DNA of 64,000 nt from a virus. Shown piece after piece: positions 56,501 through 62,997 of the stretch. Numbering within the stretch: the stretch's first letter is position 1; the number at the start of each line of letters is the position of its first letter. Under the pieces are notes generated by a model that saw only the letters and a program-made list of their open reading frames with translations, had not been told where the DNA came from and ran no database searches. Position numbers and translations under genes: made by a program. Location of the stretch: positions 4,750 to 68,749 of IMG/VR virus record IMGVR_UViG_3300045963_000147. One strand, 5' to 3'.

Positions 56501-57087
56501 TGAAGCCCGGCATGAACGAGAAGCAGCAGAGCGCGGTCATGGAGCAGGCCACAGCAGATACTGAGAAGGTCCACAACGCCCTGGTGCGGTGGGTCGAGGG
56601 TGCTGTGCTGTCGCCCAATGCCGGCCTGCGCCCGAGCCGCGCCAGCGACCCGCACTTCGCGGTGCTGTACCACCTCAAGCAGTTCACCTACGCGATGCAC
56701 CACGTCGTCCTGAAGCGCGCCTGGAACGAGGCACGTCAGGGGAACTCGAACCCGATCGGCGCCCTGGCCGGCGTCATCCCCGTGATGATCGTGTCGGACA
56801 TCACCAAGGGCCTGCTCACCGGCGGCGGCTCGTTGCCGGACTACATGAAGTCGTGGAACGCAGCCGACTGGATCGAGCACGGCGCGAACCGTGGCGGGCT
56901 GGCCGGCAAGTACCAGCTCGCGCTCGACGCGGTGCGCGACCCGGTGAGCATCATGGGGCCGACGGTGGAGCAGTTCAGCAAGCTGGTGATGAACCCGGGC
57001 GACATCGGCAAGAACCTGCTCGACGCGGTGCCGGGTGTGCGCATGGTTAGCGGCGCTGCCAGCCACATCAGAGAAGTGGCGGACTGA
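47590..57087 (+). CDS. Giant polyvalent virion/ejection protein (nucleotidyltransferase + zincin domains)
   Basis: 3165 aa; TGSIVL...HDLDF, HHEAMH, DYFPRVWD; last late gene. Confidence 0.85.
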   Translation: MATLRDLGVTPTSPQGPTTLRDLGVVANAPMDAASQQFMDQSAANGMGQLRKGFTSGLYGGDANALASQVSSLRASGRTAEADALMPQIEAANQRAATFAPAEPSLYNIGLDGALRNPGRVLDWGLGAAGQGTASMVEPIGAELVVAGAGKVLGALPWAPAKMLGKGLQYAAPLAAGALNYRQNKGEFVQDAWKDPAIMAKTPQEIENAAMVHGALAGSLDTALPHMVSNRLLGKGGIKALEGLSKPAKVGLDLLGEGTTETMQEGIKKGALSYLNPNRDKSGDLGDYVDSFAGGVAGAGPVSGLSHLAASGHARVATPDGASNDVSGKPAAPAPEDKSLKGTILKRAKEQKVDGKELDDWHNLMSGQDAEGNVSGATILAQEDAVKKELEARAGRGDQEAAKHLDTINNDPGDGSADGAVHNAATYIKGDGSPAARAKLIEAFNGRKKNEQGAKSSPEEELAARLAEDAVPERMKYESDDKGYFTNLRAKARDIGENIAVLARSYKTEKVDSFSDGLLDSVAHEAVDLWGGKNAQATVARIATALGVEKTPAMQQLQQALAGSEQRKQWNETRTTNRTNAAERIVKLIPTEQKLKLHKAGIDLTDPGVADSMLHATQKFLAKDSPHARIEFNKLMGGAKVADAVLNFVKTSKIEERDPAEHKPGDSREKDGKEDTTPAESDDVTQPGASPSDDLSNENEDDKWVLDGANKNMAKAPGAKLYGLRGETHLRDGLESHPFTENANKRLPSLVTEDQTDEGDGKNSLLGMQERAHKSLGGVLDDEVKQSGTFGVGSYRVRAVSAKEVMDNHRVSIPQRINLLRRYLAQEPASKLATEAAKKAKAAGAPDKEVRKVREAAYNKAYDEAFNSEHFDAVRRLGLEIYKGHVAPTIGEDRGTSDDIKRAGDSKITAAKRERLRQELTRMATQVGVEEFGGENADLSTLANGFFSNRFLVTAEQMAEKDQLRLNVAEVVSMIRHGAELENYTDQFGDTKADVLAGMNLIRFPSPYATAKDGIAVVPAGDLVSWANRNRTEFEDDDSGSKKPYAYRDSLMEAIGALVVDDFATALPHVINAKGKEEHFGNKKHPFPPSMKLGRSEQWRLDYRDEMRQAEAAERSAAEARDGRPMKAGENTRDARSGLLHQERMAKEQGPDPAVDKDSGVPDEFRHPGAERGAAERRATPPEAGAQGEMFEGGTKSNNGALKSYRSGSEIRQEHAGVPETATHEPRGSAERFWDAPELDDKRTDRADAVPSERVRKQKKGVPTEFTDQQQQSSVARSAQDKVETLTATNAMSRAAVIAGHVLRMFDMLQPTPMKVGKEDRVIKSDVQADPARAYEMLKQLGRALDRPSYIDEKSSKGLEGKDQLAGGKFYAAPLAHILTPKNSNVLVSIARDPAKAKATLRAMRGKVAQALLDAKQSEIAAHDRLTLAKLLTGQEDLKFGKPMKEALEKLLPAPKVEVKTESAAASAPRTQAESAAHQAKVNDPANIARTKAARVDDEPAFAPSLAKQTSWVADKLNQSLGALTAAIKGFTGEQLLALGDVMQQDVPAGASKVRWGNARQHIEDRIYDTVTAEQVLAHEAKTAEPAPSKGDVSEQARALMAEKKHLWSPEAFDDQGHSAYNTGVDSLLQDAEDDTFAFDRKTGAPNMTVYKKFMVAVEKRKPELKAFAQAVWDRSAAQAAHVAKADAFFLKNREALANHPDAMKNFAGDIKRVGQAQARGNEGKVWGIHADLMQQMFERRGDEAWRKAQIADKEKRLAKYMAESGKATSATGFMSIIQKEIDLLKANDLQGMITSAAKFREPNDFRRSNYPGFPEPNLKAEPTTKPAPLSEMERDASARKLNEMGAHPLLTGVTATVADTQSIMRMLGFKAAPPKFADVAGKLLADPNINIAKFVKDSAEALSHILTKGPQAKELREALSSDTWFAQRAKITANLVKGGMMRGDALVESYRVLTEQALMGELAARTKADQSVIARLMQAVQDFVSRFKEMTGSAEFADLVRNHLNKAVEAANTPAQLKEGYKKVSFQEAIDADKQSARVLAHMSLNPNVAITGSIVLAESGSIYRDAKNMLHDLDFLVTGTKDAAEAWLRKGFPDATQVYDFNTSNGKVDSFLVPPAGATIENIKREFGEKGRVLGFEVHKDGKVIGRTWNDEKGEHKEGDAGTFVDLFTNSGTEVASTIPFTVGGKQLSIKAANPAAIFNAKLNMGREKDMNDYGRYVPNVGRQLNEQAAPTAADIQSSANAAPKDEAIAKVKAYVAKVLGPKVRVAFEEVFDAAGEWIDAENLMKIALNGGPGMETVAHHEAMHAFFSRLMKHNPEAAEKLKRVLGEGETYERLKALLHGETKALEAMARDPEERVAYAFQFWAAGRLEVDKPATTMFAKFRRLLRKVFGMVRESETALDIMTAFHDGKLADENAAGKAIKKIMDRETWNEDQKRKADRLFQRMHYELDPSIDIFRKEDLSSIIRDLGNSFFTNPGEEADGQHEPGFINARGTMMRKFSNWLDRAVGTRTTLNDSDRLAVIEALQGENGPKNLHLAAQKQAYADVHALLERFHKYATSRGMKLEYISDYFPRVWDLSKLIEGGGKEKFAAMVNQSKYDKIVADMLAGINQKLPAAQHKTKEQLIEAMHRQLIDRNGVDENDMLAESDMGDLIFKPFFASGKERNFKWLDKNDVRDFLEKDLIGAMSRYLQQGVRAAEFSHKFGEGGQKLKKALVMKGDLEMDPSTGKLEPRPTYGPAENQMYSALAEKGIKGDEAKAMVDRRMRNARNAAAAMEGSLGGDISDSFRKASSAMIAYQNLRLLPLSLFAAFGDIAGIAARNDKDGWTGAYEAFIGGMKDVFANWKRNASDMPGPRKVSVMENIAEAIGAVDSHMFLEQVGKAHTSEFMTDTARNIGRKLFMVNGLTAWDRSMRVTATKFAMQFLERHKSLPDKQHSARWLAEVGLKPEDITLNADGKLVWDRRELAAMRMKPGMNEKQQSAVMEQATADTEKVHNALVRWVEGAVLSPNAGLRPSRASDPHFAVLYHLKQFTYAMHHVVLKRAWNEARQGNSNPIGALAGVIPVMIVSDITKGLLTGGGSLPDYMKSWNAADWIEHGANRGGLAGKYQLALDAVRDPVSIMGPTVEQFSKLVMNPGDIGKNLLDAVPGVRMVSGAASHIREVAD

Positions 57088-57131
57088 TCGCCCACAAGCG
57101 ATAAAGCCTCGCCGCAGGGCCTGTGCGCTCA

Positions 57132-57174
57132 ATCGCCTCTGGCCGATAAAGTGCGTTTATCGGCCAGAGGCGAT
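57132..57174. terminator. Perfect 19-bp inverted repeat at the convergence of the late and early arms
   Basis: ATCGCCTCTGGCCGATAAA-gtgcg-TTTATCGGCCAGAGGCGAT. Confidence 0.6.
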
Positions 57175-57242
57175 ACCCTTTCCCCGCGCCCCATTCCCAG
57201 AGAGTACGAAGAAAAGAGAACCGGCGCTGAGGCCGGCGTGGA

Positions 57243-57485
57243 TCAGAGGAAGGCTTCGGTGATGGCAATCTCGACGATGATGCGGGGAAGCCAGGACCGT
57301 GGATACAGAGCGAAGCAGTGCGAGCCCGGCCCCATGGTCTTCGGGCGATTCTCCTTGGGCGGCTGGCGACCGCTCTCAAGGAAATAGATTTCCTGCATGC
57401 GGTTGCCGACGGCCCATGACAATCTCTTGCTGGGGACTCGCTTCAGCATAGAGAACACTTCAGGGACGGTGATGCGAGTGTCCAT
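57243..57485 (-). CDS. Hypothetical protein
   Basis: 80 aa; KT..PGSHCFALYP; followed by a CCGGC hairpin + T tract at 57205-57237. Confidence 0.65.
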   Translation of the reverse strand: MDTRITVPEVFSMLKRVPSKRLSWAVGNRMQEIYFLESGRQPPKENRPKTMGPGSHCFALYPRSWLPRIIVEIAITEAFL

Positions 57486-57488
57486 GAG

Positions 57489-57758
57489 TTATTCCAGGTC
57501 GATGGTGGTGGACTCCCAAGTCTCGTCGGTCTGAACGACGACGTACTTGGTGCGAGGGTTGGTGGGGTCAGCCTTGTAGCGCGACTTGATCGGCCCGATG
57601 GTCTTCATGCTCATCTCGTTGATCGCGAGCTGGCGCTTTGAAATCTCGCCGTGGTCATTGATCGCGTGCCGACAGACAAGGTCGTAGGGCACACGCTTGA
57701 GCGCCATGCGGGCCTCTGGCGTCATGCGCAAGGTGCCGAGGAGGAAGTTCGTCTGCAT
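57489..57758 (-). CDS. Conserved mobile-element small protein
   Basis: F.LG.L.MTP.A...L..RH...DHG...S.Y...T...ESTTI pattern recalled from plasmid/phage proteins. Confidence 0.65.
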   Translation of the reverse strand: MQTNFLLGTLRMTPEARMALKRVPYDLVCRHAINDHGEISKRQLAINEMSMKTIGPIKSRYKADPTNPRTKYVVVQTDETWESTTIDLE

Positions 57759-57787
57759 GCCTAAGTTGCTTCCCTTTTTGGCGCGGG

Positions 57788-57917
57788 AACCTTTTCTACA
57801 GGAATACTACTACCCTCTCTCCTTCTACTCTTCTTCTTTCTCTTGACTCAGAGTTTAGATTGGAAGAATAGAAGAATGGAAGAATACCTATAAAAAAGAG
57901 CCTTCCGAACCCCTGCC
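57788..57917. repeat. Copy B of the long-range inverted repeat (candidate replication origin)
   Basis: Reverse complement aligns with 15099-15235; T(G/A)GAAGAA x3. Confidence 0.85.
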
Positions 57918-57934
57918 GAAAGGGAGGCAAGACC

Positions 57935-58150
57935 TTAGCCGATGAGCCCGTTCAGGAACTGCAAAAGTCCGTCCTTTTTTGCAAACACTTCCACGGCAAT
58001 TGTGGCCGGCTTGGAGTCCTTGTCCGCGGCCTTCAGCGCCGACCGTGTCTTGCTCGCCGCGGTGGCTGAGCCGTCGAACTTGATGCCGGTGGCGACGGTG
58101 CCGTCATGGAGGATGTGCTGCTTGAAGTACGTTGTCTTGTAGAGCTTCAT
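57935..58150 (-). CDS. Hypothetical protein
   Basis: 71 aa MKLYKTTY...KDGLLQFLN. Confidence 0.7.
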   Translation of the reverse strand: MKLYKTTYFKQHILHDGTVATGIKFDGSATAASKTRSALKAADKDSKPATIAVEVFAKKDGLLQFLNGLIG

Positions 58151-58381
58151 GGTTGCCTTTCAGGCGGTTGGTCTGAGGAGATGAGCTGCGCAACTTCTCG
58201 GGTGATGGCGCGTAGAGCGAATTCTTTGATGCGCGGGCTGCTGGCGCACGTCAGCTTTCTTTTCGCGCCCTGAAGGCAGCGCCAGCAGGAAGCGCAAGTG
58301 GCCATCGGCCTTGAGCCGCTCGATGACTTTGCAGCCGCCCTGAGCGATGGCTTGCTGGACTTGCCGCTCCCACTTCTTCAC
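58147..58381 (-). pseudogene. HicA-like small protein with an apparent 1-nt frameshift
   Basis: ...DGHLRFLLALPSGREKK continues in the +1 frame as LTCASSPRIKEFALRAITREV and ends ATGA-coupled to 58150. Confidence 0.5.
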
Positions 58382-58737
58382 GGGTCGAGTTCCGTGAAGT
58401 CGGTGTCAGCCTCCTCGGGGGAGTAGACCCAGACCCAGGCCATGACGTAGTCGCCAGGGCCGTCGCTGCCCGAGCGCACCGTGATGTCGTCGATTTCAAT
58501 CTCGCCATCACGGTGGTACTGAAGCCGAGCTGCTTCGATGATCGGATCGTCTTCGACTCCGAAGGCTTCGACGCAGTCGCCGAAGGTCACGCCTGCGTCG
58601 TCGAAGACCGAGCGCAGCTCGGCCGGTGACATCTTGGCCGGCGGTGGTGCGGTGACGTCCTTGAAGATGTCATCGGGCTCAGTCAGGATGCCGGCCATCG
58701 CCATGCCGGCAGCTTCAATCTCTTGGGTGGTGGGCAT
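58378..58737 (-). CDS. Hypothetical acidic protein
   Basis: DGEIEIDD...GDYVMAWVWV. Confidence 0.7.
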   Translation of the reverse strand: MPTTQEIEAAGMAMAGILTEPDDIFKDVTAPPPAKMSPAELRSVFDDAGVTFGDCVEAFGVEDDPIIEAARLQYHRDGEIEIDDITVRSGSDGPGDYVMAWVWVYSPEEADTDFTELDP

Positions 58738-58739
58738 GG

Positions 58740-58955
58740 TCAGACCTCGCTGTACTTGCCGTCTTCCAGGCGGTCGACGAGCGGGCCGATGTCTTCCCAC
58801 AAGGCGTCGGGCATGGCCTTGGCGTGCAGCCTGAGCAATTGCCTTTCGGTCTTGGTTCTGCGCTCACGGACGACTTGGATGAGTGCGTTGAGCACGCAGC
58901 CGTTTTCAGGGTGCAGCTTGATGGGAGCAGTGCAGTTCGGGCATTGGCGGGCCAT
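58740..58955 (-). CDS. Small Cys/His protein
   Basis: CPNC...H...C. Confidence 0.6.
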   Translation of the reverse strand: MARQCPNCTAPIKLHPENGCVLNALIQVVRERRTKTERQLLRLHAKAMPDALWEDIGPLVDRLEDGKYSEV

Positions 58956-58969
58956 GGGCAAATCTCACG

Positions 58970-59186
58970 GTCACAGTTTTGGGCACAGTGCCCAGGAAAC
59001 CCGCGCCGTTCCTAGCGTTTGGACCCAGCCCGCAACCTTGACATGGTGGGGGTCGATGGTTCGAGTCCATTCGCGCCTACCAGTTTTCATAGGTAAGCAG
59101 GGCAACCTGCTCGAAGTGAAATCTGGCGTAGAACAGTCATGGGGACGTTAGATCAGGGGTGGTGTGTCACAGACGGTGGCACAGTG
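58970..59186 (+). other. attP: core = 3' half of tRNA-Val(GAC) (59035-59082) flanked by arm-type repeats
   Basis: ACC-TTGACAT-GGT anticodon arm, GGTTCGAGTCC T-arm, ends CCA; GTCACAG-N5-GGCACAGTG on both sides (58970, 59166); next to the integrase. Confidence 0.9.
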
Positions 59187-59274
59187 GGCGTTTCGGTGCC
59201 CAGGAAGGCCTCCGCCTTGTTCTCCGCCCTGAAGGTTTCGACGACGGTCTTCTGCAACTTGATGGTGTAGTAGT

Positions 59275-60312
59275 TCATCCTTCTTTCCTTGTGTTGCCGG
59301 CATAGCCAGCGATGAAACCAGGGGCGTGGTGGGCGTAATTCGAGACCATCCGCGGATCACTCCACCCGCCCAGCTTCTGCAACACCTCCATGGGCGTGCC
59401 GTTCTGCGCGTGCCACGTCGCCCAGGTGTGCCGCAGGCCGTGCCACGTGAAGCCCTCGTAGTGGGTGATGTCGCCTGAGACATAGGCGCCCAGGCCGGCG
59501 CGGATGCAGGCAGCGATGAAGGCCGTCTTCACGTCGTTGATGGACAGGCCACGGAACGTGAAGACGCAGGGGTTGGGCTTGGCCCTGGCGCCGCGCTTGG
59601 AGACGTAGACCGGCGCCTCCTTCTGGGCCTTCAGCACGGCCACGGCGGCGTCGTTCAAGGGGATCGCCAGGGCGGCGTCTGCCTTCGTGTCCTCGGCCTC
59701 GATCCACACCACCCGGCGGTCCAGGTCCACGCGGTCCCAGGTGAGGTTCAGGACGTTGGACTGGCGCAGGCCCGTCTCCACAGCGAACAGGGCTGTAGGC
59801 TTGAGGTGGGGTGGCAGCTCGGCGTACAGGGCGTCCCACTGCTCGCGAGTGAGCCAGTCGCGCTTCTTCTTCTTCTTGTCCCTCCTGACGGCCAGCAGGG
59901 GCACCACAGGAAGCCAGCCAGCGACCTTGGCGAGGTTCAGGACGGCCGCAATCATCGTCCGGTACCGCATGTAGGTGCCGGGCGTTTTGCAGAAGCTCAG
60001 GGCCTCATCTATGGCCTCCCTGGACACCTCGCCGAGGGGCCGGTCGGGGAAGACCCGGCCGAATTTGGCCAGTGATAGGAGTTCGCTATCGCTGCGCGTC
60101 TCCACATTGAGCCACGCTATCACGGCCTGCCCCCAGGTGTAGCCGGCAGCGGGGTCGGGCCTTGCTGTCCAGACCTCTATCTGGATTTCGCGTTCGCGCT
60201 TTTCCGCCGCAGCGCGATCTGTTGTTCCAGTAGACCGACGTACCCGAGGCTGGCCGGGCTCGCTGATCGAGACCCACCAGACTTCCGAGCCTTCGCGCTT
60301 GTAGAGCGGCAT
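59275..60312 (-). CDS. int: Tyrosine integrase
   Basis: TGLRQSN, HGLRHTWATW, LGGW, SNY catalytic residues; N-terminal arm-binding RRSTGT. Confidence 0.96.
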   Translation of the reverse strand: MPLYKREGSEVWWVSISEPGQPRVRRSTGTTDRAAAEKREREIQIEVWTARPDPAAGYTWGQAVIAWLNVETRSDSELLSLAKFGRVFPDRPLGEVSREAIDEALSFCKTPGTYMRYRTMIAAVLNLAKVAGWLPVVPLLAVRRDKKKKKRDWLTREQWDALYAELPPHLKPTALFAVETGLRQSNVLNLTWDRVDLDRRVVWIEAEDTKADAALAIPLNDAAVAVLKAQKEAPVYVSKRGARAKPNPCVFTFRGLSINDVKTAFIAACIRAGLGAYVSGDITHYEGFTWHGLRHTWATWHAQNGTPMEVLQKLGGWSDPRMVSNYAHHAPGFIAGYAGNTRKEG

Positions 60313-60485
60313 GGTGCTTTCTCCACGTACTGCCCGCGCATCCAGGCGAGCAGATCATCTTCGATGAAGACCCAGGCGCGAGCTGGCTTGGCACCGGGCG
60401 CACGCCCGCTCGCCGCCATCTCGCGCAGGGTGTTGGGGTGCATGCCGCACAGGGCAGCAGCAGCGGGGAGGTCCAGGGTCACCAT
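60177..60485 (-). CDS. xis: Excisionase (MerR-like HTH)
   Basis: LDLPAAAALCGMHPNTLREMAASGRAPGAK...WVFIEDDLLAW; overlaps the int start. Confidence 0.85.
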   Translation of the reverse strand: MVTLDLPAAAALCGMHPNTLREMAASGRAPGAKPARAWVFIEDDLLAWMRGQYVEKAPCRSTSAKARKSGGSRSASPASLGYVGLLEQQIALRRKSANAKSR

Positions 60486-60724
60486 GGCAGCTTCGTCAAG
60501 TTGACCTGCATGGGCCGGTGCGTCAGGCGCTCTCGGCGCTCACGCAGGCGGGCTGCGATGGCGTCCCGAATCTCCTGCGGGAACGTCATGGTCTTGCTGG
60601 TGCTCTCGCATGAGATGAAGTTCTCGCCGCAGCCCAGGCACTTGCGCCGGCGGTAGATGCCCGAGCTGCACGTCCGGGTCTCGGCCACCTTGTTCTCTTC
60701 GCGACCGCAATGAGGGCACTGCAT
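60479..60724 (-). CDS. NrdR-like zinc-ribbon protein (no ATP cone)
   Basis: MQCPHCG...KVAETR...IYRRRKCLGCGENFISCE. Confidence 0.8.
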   Translation of the reverse strand: MQCPHCGREENKVAETRTCSSGIYRRRKCLGCGENFISCESTSKTMTFPQEIRDAIAARLRERRERLTHRPMQVNLTKLPW

Positions 60725-60725
60725 G

Positions 60726-60920
60726 TCAGTTCAGCTTTCCACGGTTGACCAGCTCGGTGGCCAGATGATCTTCGAGCTTCTTGCGCACCTCCATCAGCGT
60801 CTCGAAGGTCATGGGCACCCGGGCGGGTAGGCTCAGCCCCGTGCGCTCAGCAGCCTGGGCCAGCCGTATCTTGATGATGCTGATGCGACGAATGCGGATC
60901 ATGTCTTTGAGGCTGTCCAC
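60726..60920 (-). CDS. Hypothetical protein
   Basis: VDSLKDMIRIRR...; start uncertain. Confidence 0.5.
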   Translation of the reverse strand: MDSLKDMIRIRRISIIKIRLAQAAERTGLSLPARVPMTFETLMEVRKKLEDHLATELVNRGKLN

Positions 60921-61117
60921 AGGGCTTCCTTGGTCTTGTCGCGTTTGGGGAGCGGGCACCAGCCCATGTACCTGCCGTCGTTGTTCCAGGGGCCGCGGAC
61001 GCAGATGCCGCCCACGGTCAAGAGGTGAACGTCAGCGCCGCCGGGCGGCGTCGGGTCGCCGGCCCGTGGGTAGAGGAAGCGGAGGTCAGACGTCGTGACG
61101 ACTGGGGTTTCGTTCAC
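60899..61117 (-). CDS. DUF551-like hypothetical protein
   Basis: PPGGADVHLLT.GG...GWCPLPKR. Confidence 0.65.
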   Translation of the reverse strand: MNETPVVTTSDLRFLYPRAGDPTPPGGADVHLLTVGGICVRGPWNNDGRYMGWCPLPKRDKTKEALWTASKT

Positions 61118-61263
61118 AGCGAATTGCCTTCCGTTGCGTAGATGTCCCCGAGGTACTTGTTGTAGGGCGGCGGTGCCTTGCGCACAGCGGCGTGTGCGGT
61201 CATGGCCTCGACGACGGCGAACGGTCGGCCTTCAGGCGACCACCAGAGGGTCCAGGTCTTCAT
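61114..61263 (-). CDS. Hypothetical protein
   Basis: MKTWTLWWSPEGRP... 49 aa. Confidence 0.55.
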   Translation of the reverse strand: MKTWTLWWSPEGRPFAVVEAMTAHAAVRKAPPPYNKYLGDIYATEGNSL

Positions 61264-61265
61264 GG

Positions 61266-61637
61266 TCAGTCCACGTAGACTTCTTTGACTTCCGGCTTCA
61301 CGTGGGAGTAGAGGTGCGGGTACTCGCGCATGTTGGCCCAATGCGTGTTGTCGGTGGACTTGACACGTTCCGGCCCTCTCCGGGCTCTCCACCAGACCAT
61401 CTCTCCAGGGATGACATCCCCGTCCTTGATGAGTTGGCTACCCGGGCGCTGGCTCCGAACTTCAACCAGCGTGGGCAGGCCGACCAGCTCGTCGGCGTCA
61501 GCCTCGGCGACAGCCGGGTTGAGCAGCTTCAGCAGGAACTGGGTCTCGGCCTCGCCGGTCGTCTGGCACAGCATTTCGCCGTGCATGTCTTCGATGGCGT
61601 GGCCGTGCCACGTGCGGCGGGTGAAGGGTGCTTTCAT
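61266..61637 (-). CDS. Hypothetical protein
   Basis: 123 aa, operon-coupled. Confidence 0.65.
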   Translation of the reverse strand: MKAPFTRRTWHGHAIEDMHGEMLCQTTGEAETQFLLKLLNPAVAEADADELVGLPTLVEVRSQRPGSQLIKDGDVIPGEMVWWRARRGPERVKSTDNTHWANMREYPHLYSHVKPEVKEVYVD

Positions 61638-62104
61638 GGACGTCCTTTGTCATCGACCCAGCCCATCGAGCGCGGGTCTTCGTCTTGTTCCAGCCAGGGC
61701 TCGAACTGTTCGAGGGCGGCTTTGGCGTCGAGCCAAGTCTGGTATTCGGTGTGGTCGGGGCAGTCGCTCACGTCGAAGCACTGGACCATGTCCCTGAGTG
61801 CCTGCACCAGCGCCAGGAGGTCGCGGTTGTAGGCCTCGGCGGGGTTGTCGGCCGCGGACGCATAGGCCTCGTCGAGGGCTTTGGCTTCGGCCAGGAGCTT
61901 GGAGTCGGGGAACGCCGCGTCGTACTGCTTGTTGAAAGCGGCGAGAGCGGTGTAGTTCTCCATGACGAACACCATCTGCTCGCGCATGAGTCCAGCGGCC
62001 GATGCAGCGCGAGGGTCGAGCATGTTGAAGCGGTTGGACATCTGCACCTTGACATAGGCGAGAAACCAGTTCACTTCTTGCGGACTGAAAAAGGTTCTGC
62101 TCAT
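61634..62104 (-). CDS. Hypothetical protein
   Basis: 156 aa, ends DPRSMGWVDDKGRP. Confidence 0.7.
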   Translation of the reverse strand: MSRTFFSPQEVNWFLAYVKVQMSNRFNMLDPRAASAAGLMREQMVFVMENYTALAAFNKQYDAAFPDSKLLAEAKALDEAYASAADNPAEAYNRDLLALVQALRDMVQCFDVSDCPDHTEYQTWLDAKAALEQFEPWLEQDEDPRSMGWVDDKGRP

Positions 62105-62105
62105 C

Positions 62106-62996
62106 TCACGCTCCCGCCGGCCGCAGGCCCAGGTACACCGGGTGGCGCGGCTTGTCCTTGACGCCCACGGGAAAGGACTTGTACTTGACGGTCTTGGAGT
62201 CGCCGAAGCGCTCGTTCCACCAGTACACCCGGTCGGCCATCGTGAAGCCCGTGCCGATGTTGAACTCGACGCCGGTCTTCACGTCGCGCACGACGAGCGC
62301 GCCCATCGTGCCCTTGCCAACCAGACCGGCCTGGGCCGTGCTGCGCTTCGTACGGCCCAGCTCGTTCGTCTGCGCCTCGTTGCCGTTGAACATCTCTTCC
62401 TCGACGCCGATGACCACGGCCTCGCTGTCCTCGAAGCGCTTGACCTTCAGCAGCTCGCCGCCTTTCGTGGTGGCGCGGCCGAACTTGTAGGTGGCGTTCG
62501 GGTCGGCCAGCATGATGCCCTCGTGGCCGGCGGCGACCATCTCGGCCTCGTAGGCGTCGAGCTGTTCGCGGTTTTTGATCAGGAGATGCCCGGTGTAGGC
62601 GATGGGCAAGCTGTGAGCCATCGCTAGTCCCATTGCCGTCAGCATCACGACATTGCGCCGGGTTTCGAACGGGCGCGGGTCATCCCACTTGTCGAACACG
62701 TAGTACGTGAAGGCGAACACCTTGTTGTCGGCCATCACCATGCTGACCGTGTTGCGGTAGCAGCTCGGCGACGTCAGGGCGCCGACGATCAGCTCGCCGT
62801 CGAGGCCTTCGAGGGTGGGGTTGCTCAGCACGTTGAACACGTGCCGGGACGGGATTTCTTTCAGCGTGCGGCTGAGTGCCTTGCCGCCGACAATGGAGCA
62901 CCGGATGCCGTCGAGCTTGGGGCTGGCGAAGATCGGGTAGCGGATGGCGTCGAGGTCGGCCGGGGACGCGAGCTGGGGCTTGAAGGGCTTGCTCAT
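62106..62996 (-). CDS. ATP-dependent DNA ligase
   Basis: SPKLDGIR motif I, LDGEL, YVFD, HEGIML, LLKVK, GTGF, PRHPVY. Confidence 0.95.
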   Translation of the reverse strand: MSKPFKPQLASPADLDAIRYPIFASPKLDGIRCSIVGGKALSRTLKEIPSRHVFNVLSNPTLEGLDGELIVGALTSPSCYRNTVSMVMADNKVFAFTYYVFDKWDDPRPFETRRNVVMLTAMGLAMAHSLPIAYTGHLLIKNREQLDAYEAEMVAAGHEGIMLADPNATYKFGRATTKGGELLKVKRFEDSEAVVIGVEEEMFNGNEAQTNELGRTKRSTAQAGLVGKGTMGALVVRDVKTGVEFNIGTGFTMADRVYWWNERFGDSKTVKYKSFPVGVKDKPRHPVYLGLRPAGA

Positions 62997-62997
62997 G

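Noticed and set aside
47590-57087. N4-like or crAss-like virion RNA polymerase
   Set aside because: Size and position fit, but no R-x3-K-x7-YG (closest KNMAKAPGAKLYG has wrong spacing) and no DxDGD motif were found; a profile search is needed to exclude a very divergent enzyme.
59035-59082. Functional tRNA-Val gene
   Set aside because: Only the anticodon loop to CCA is present; the 5' acceptor strand and D-arm are missing, so it is an att core.
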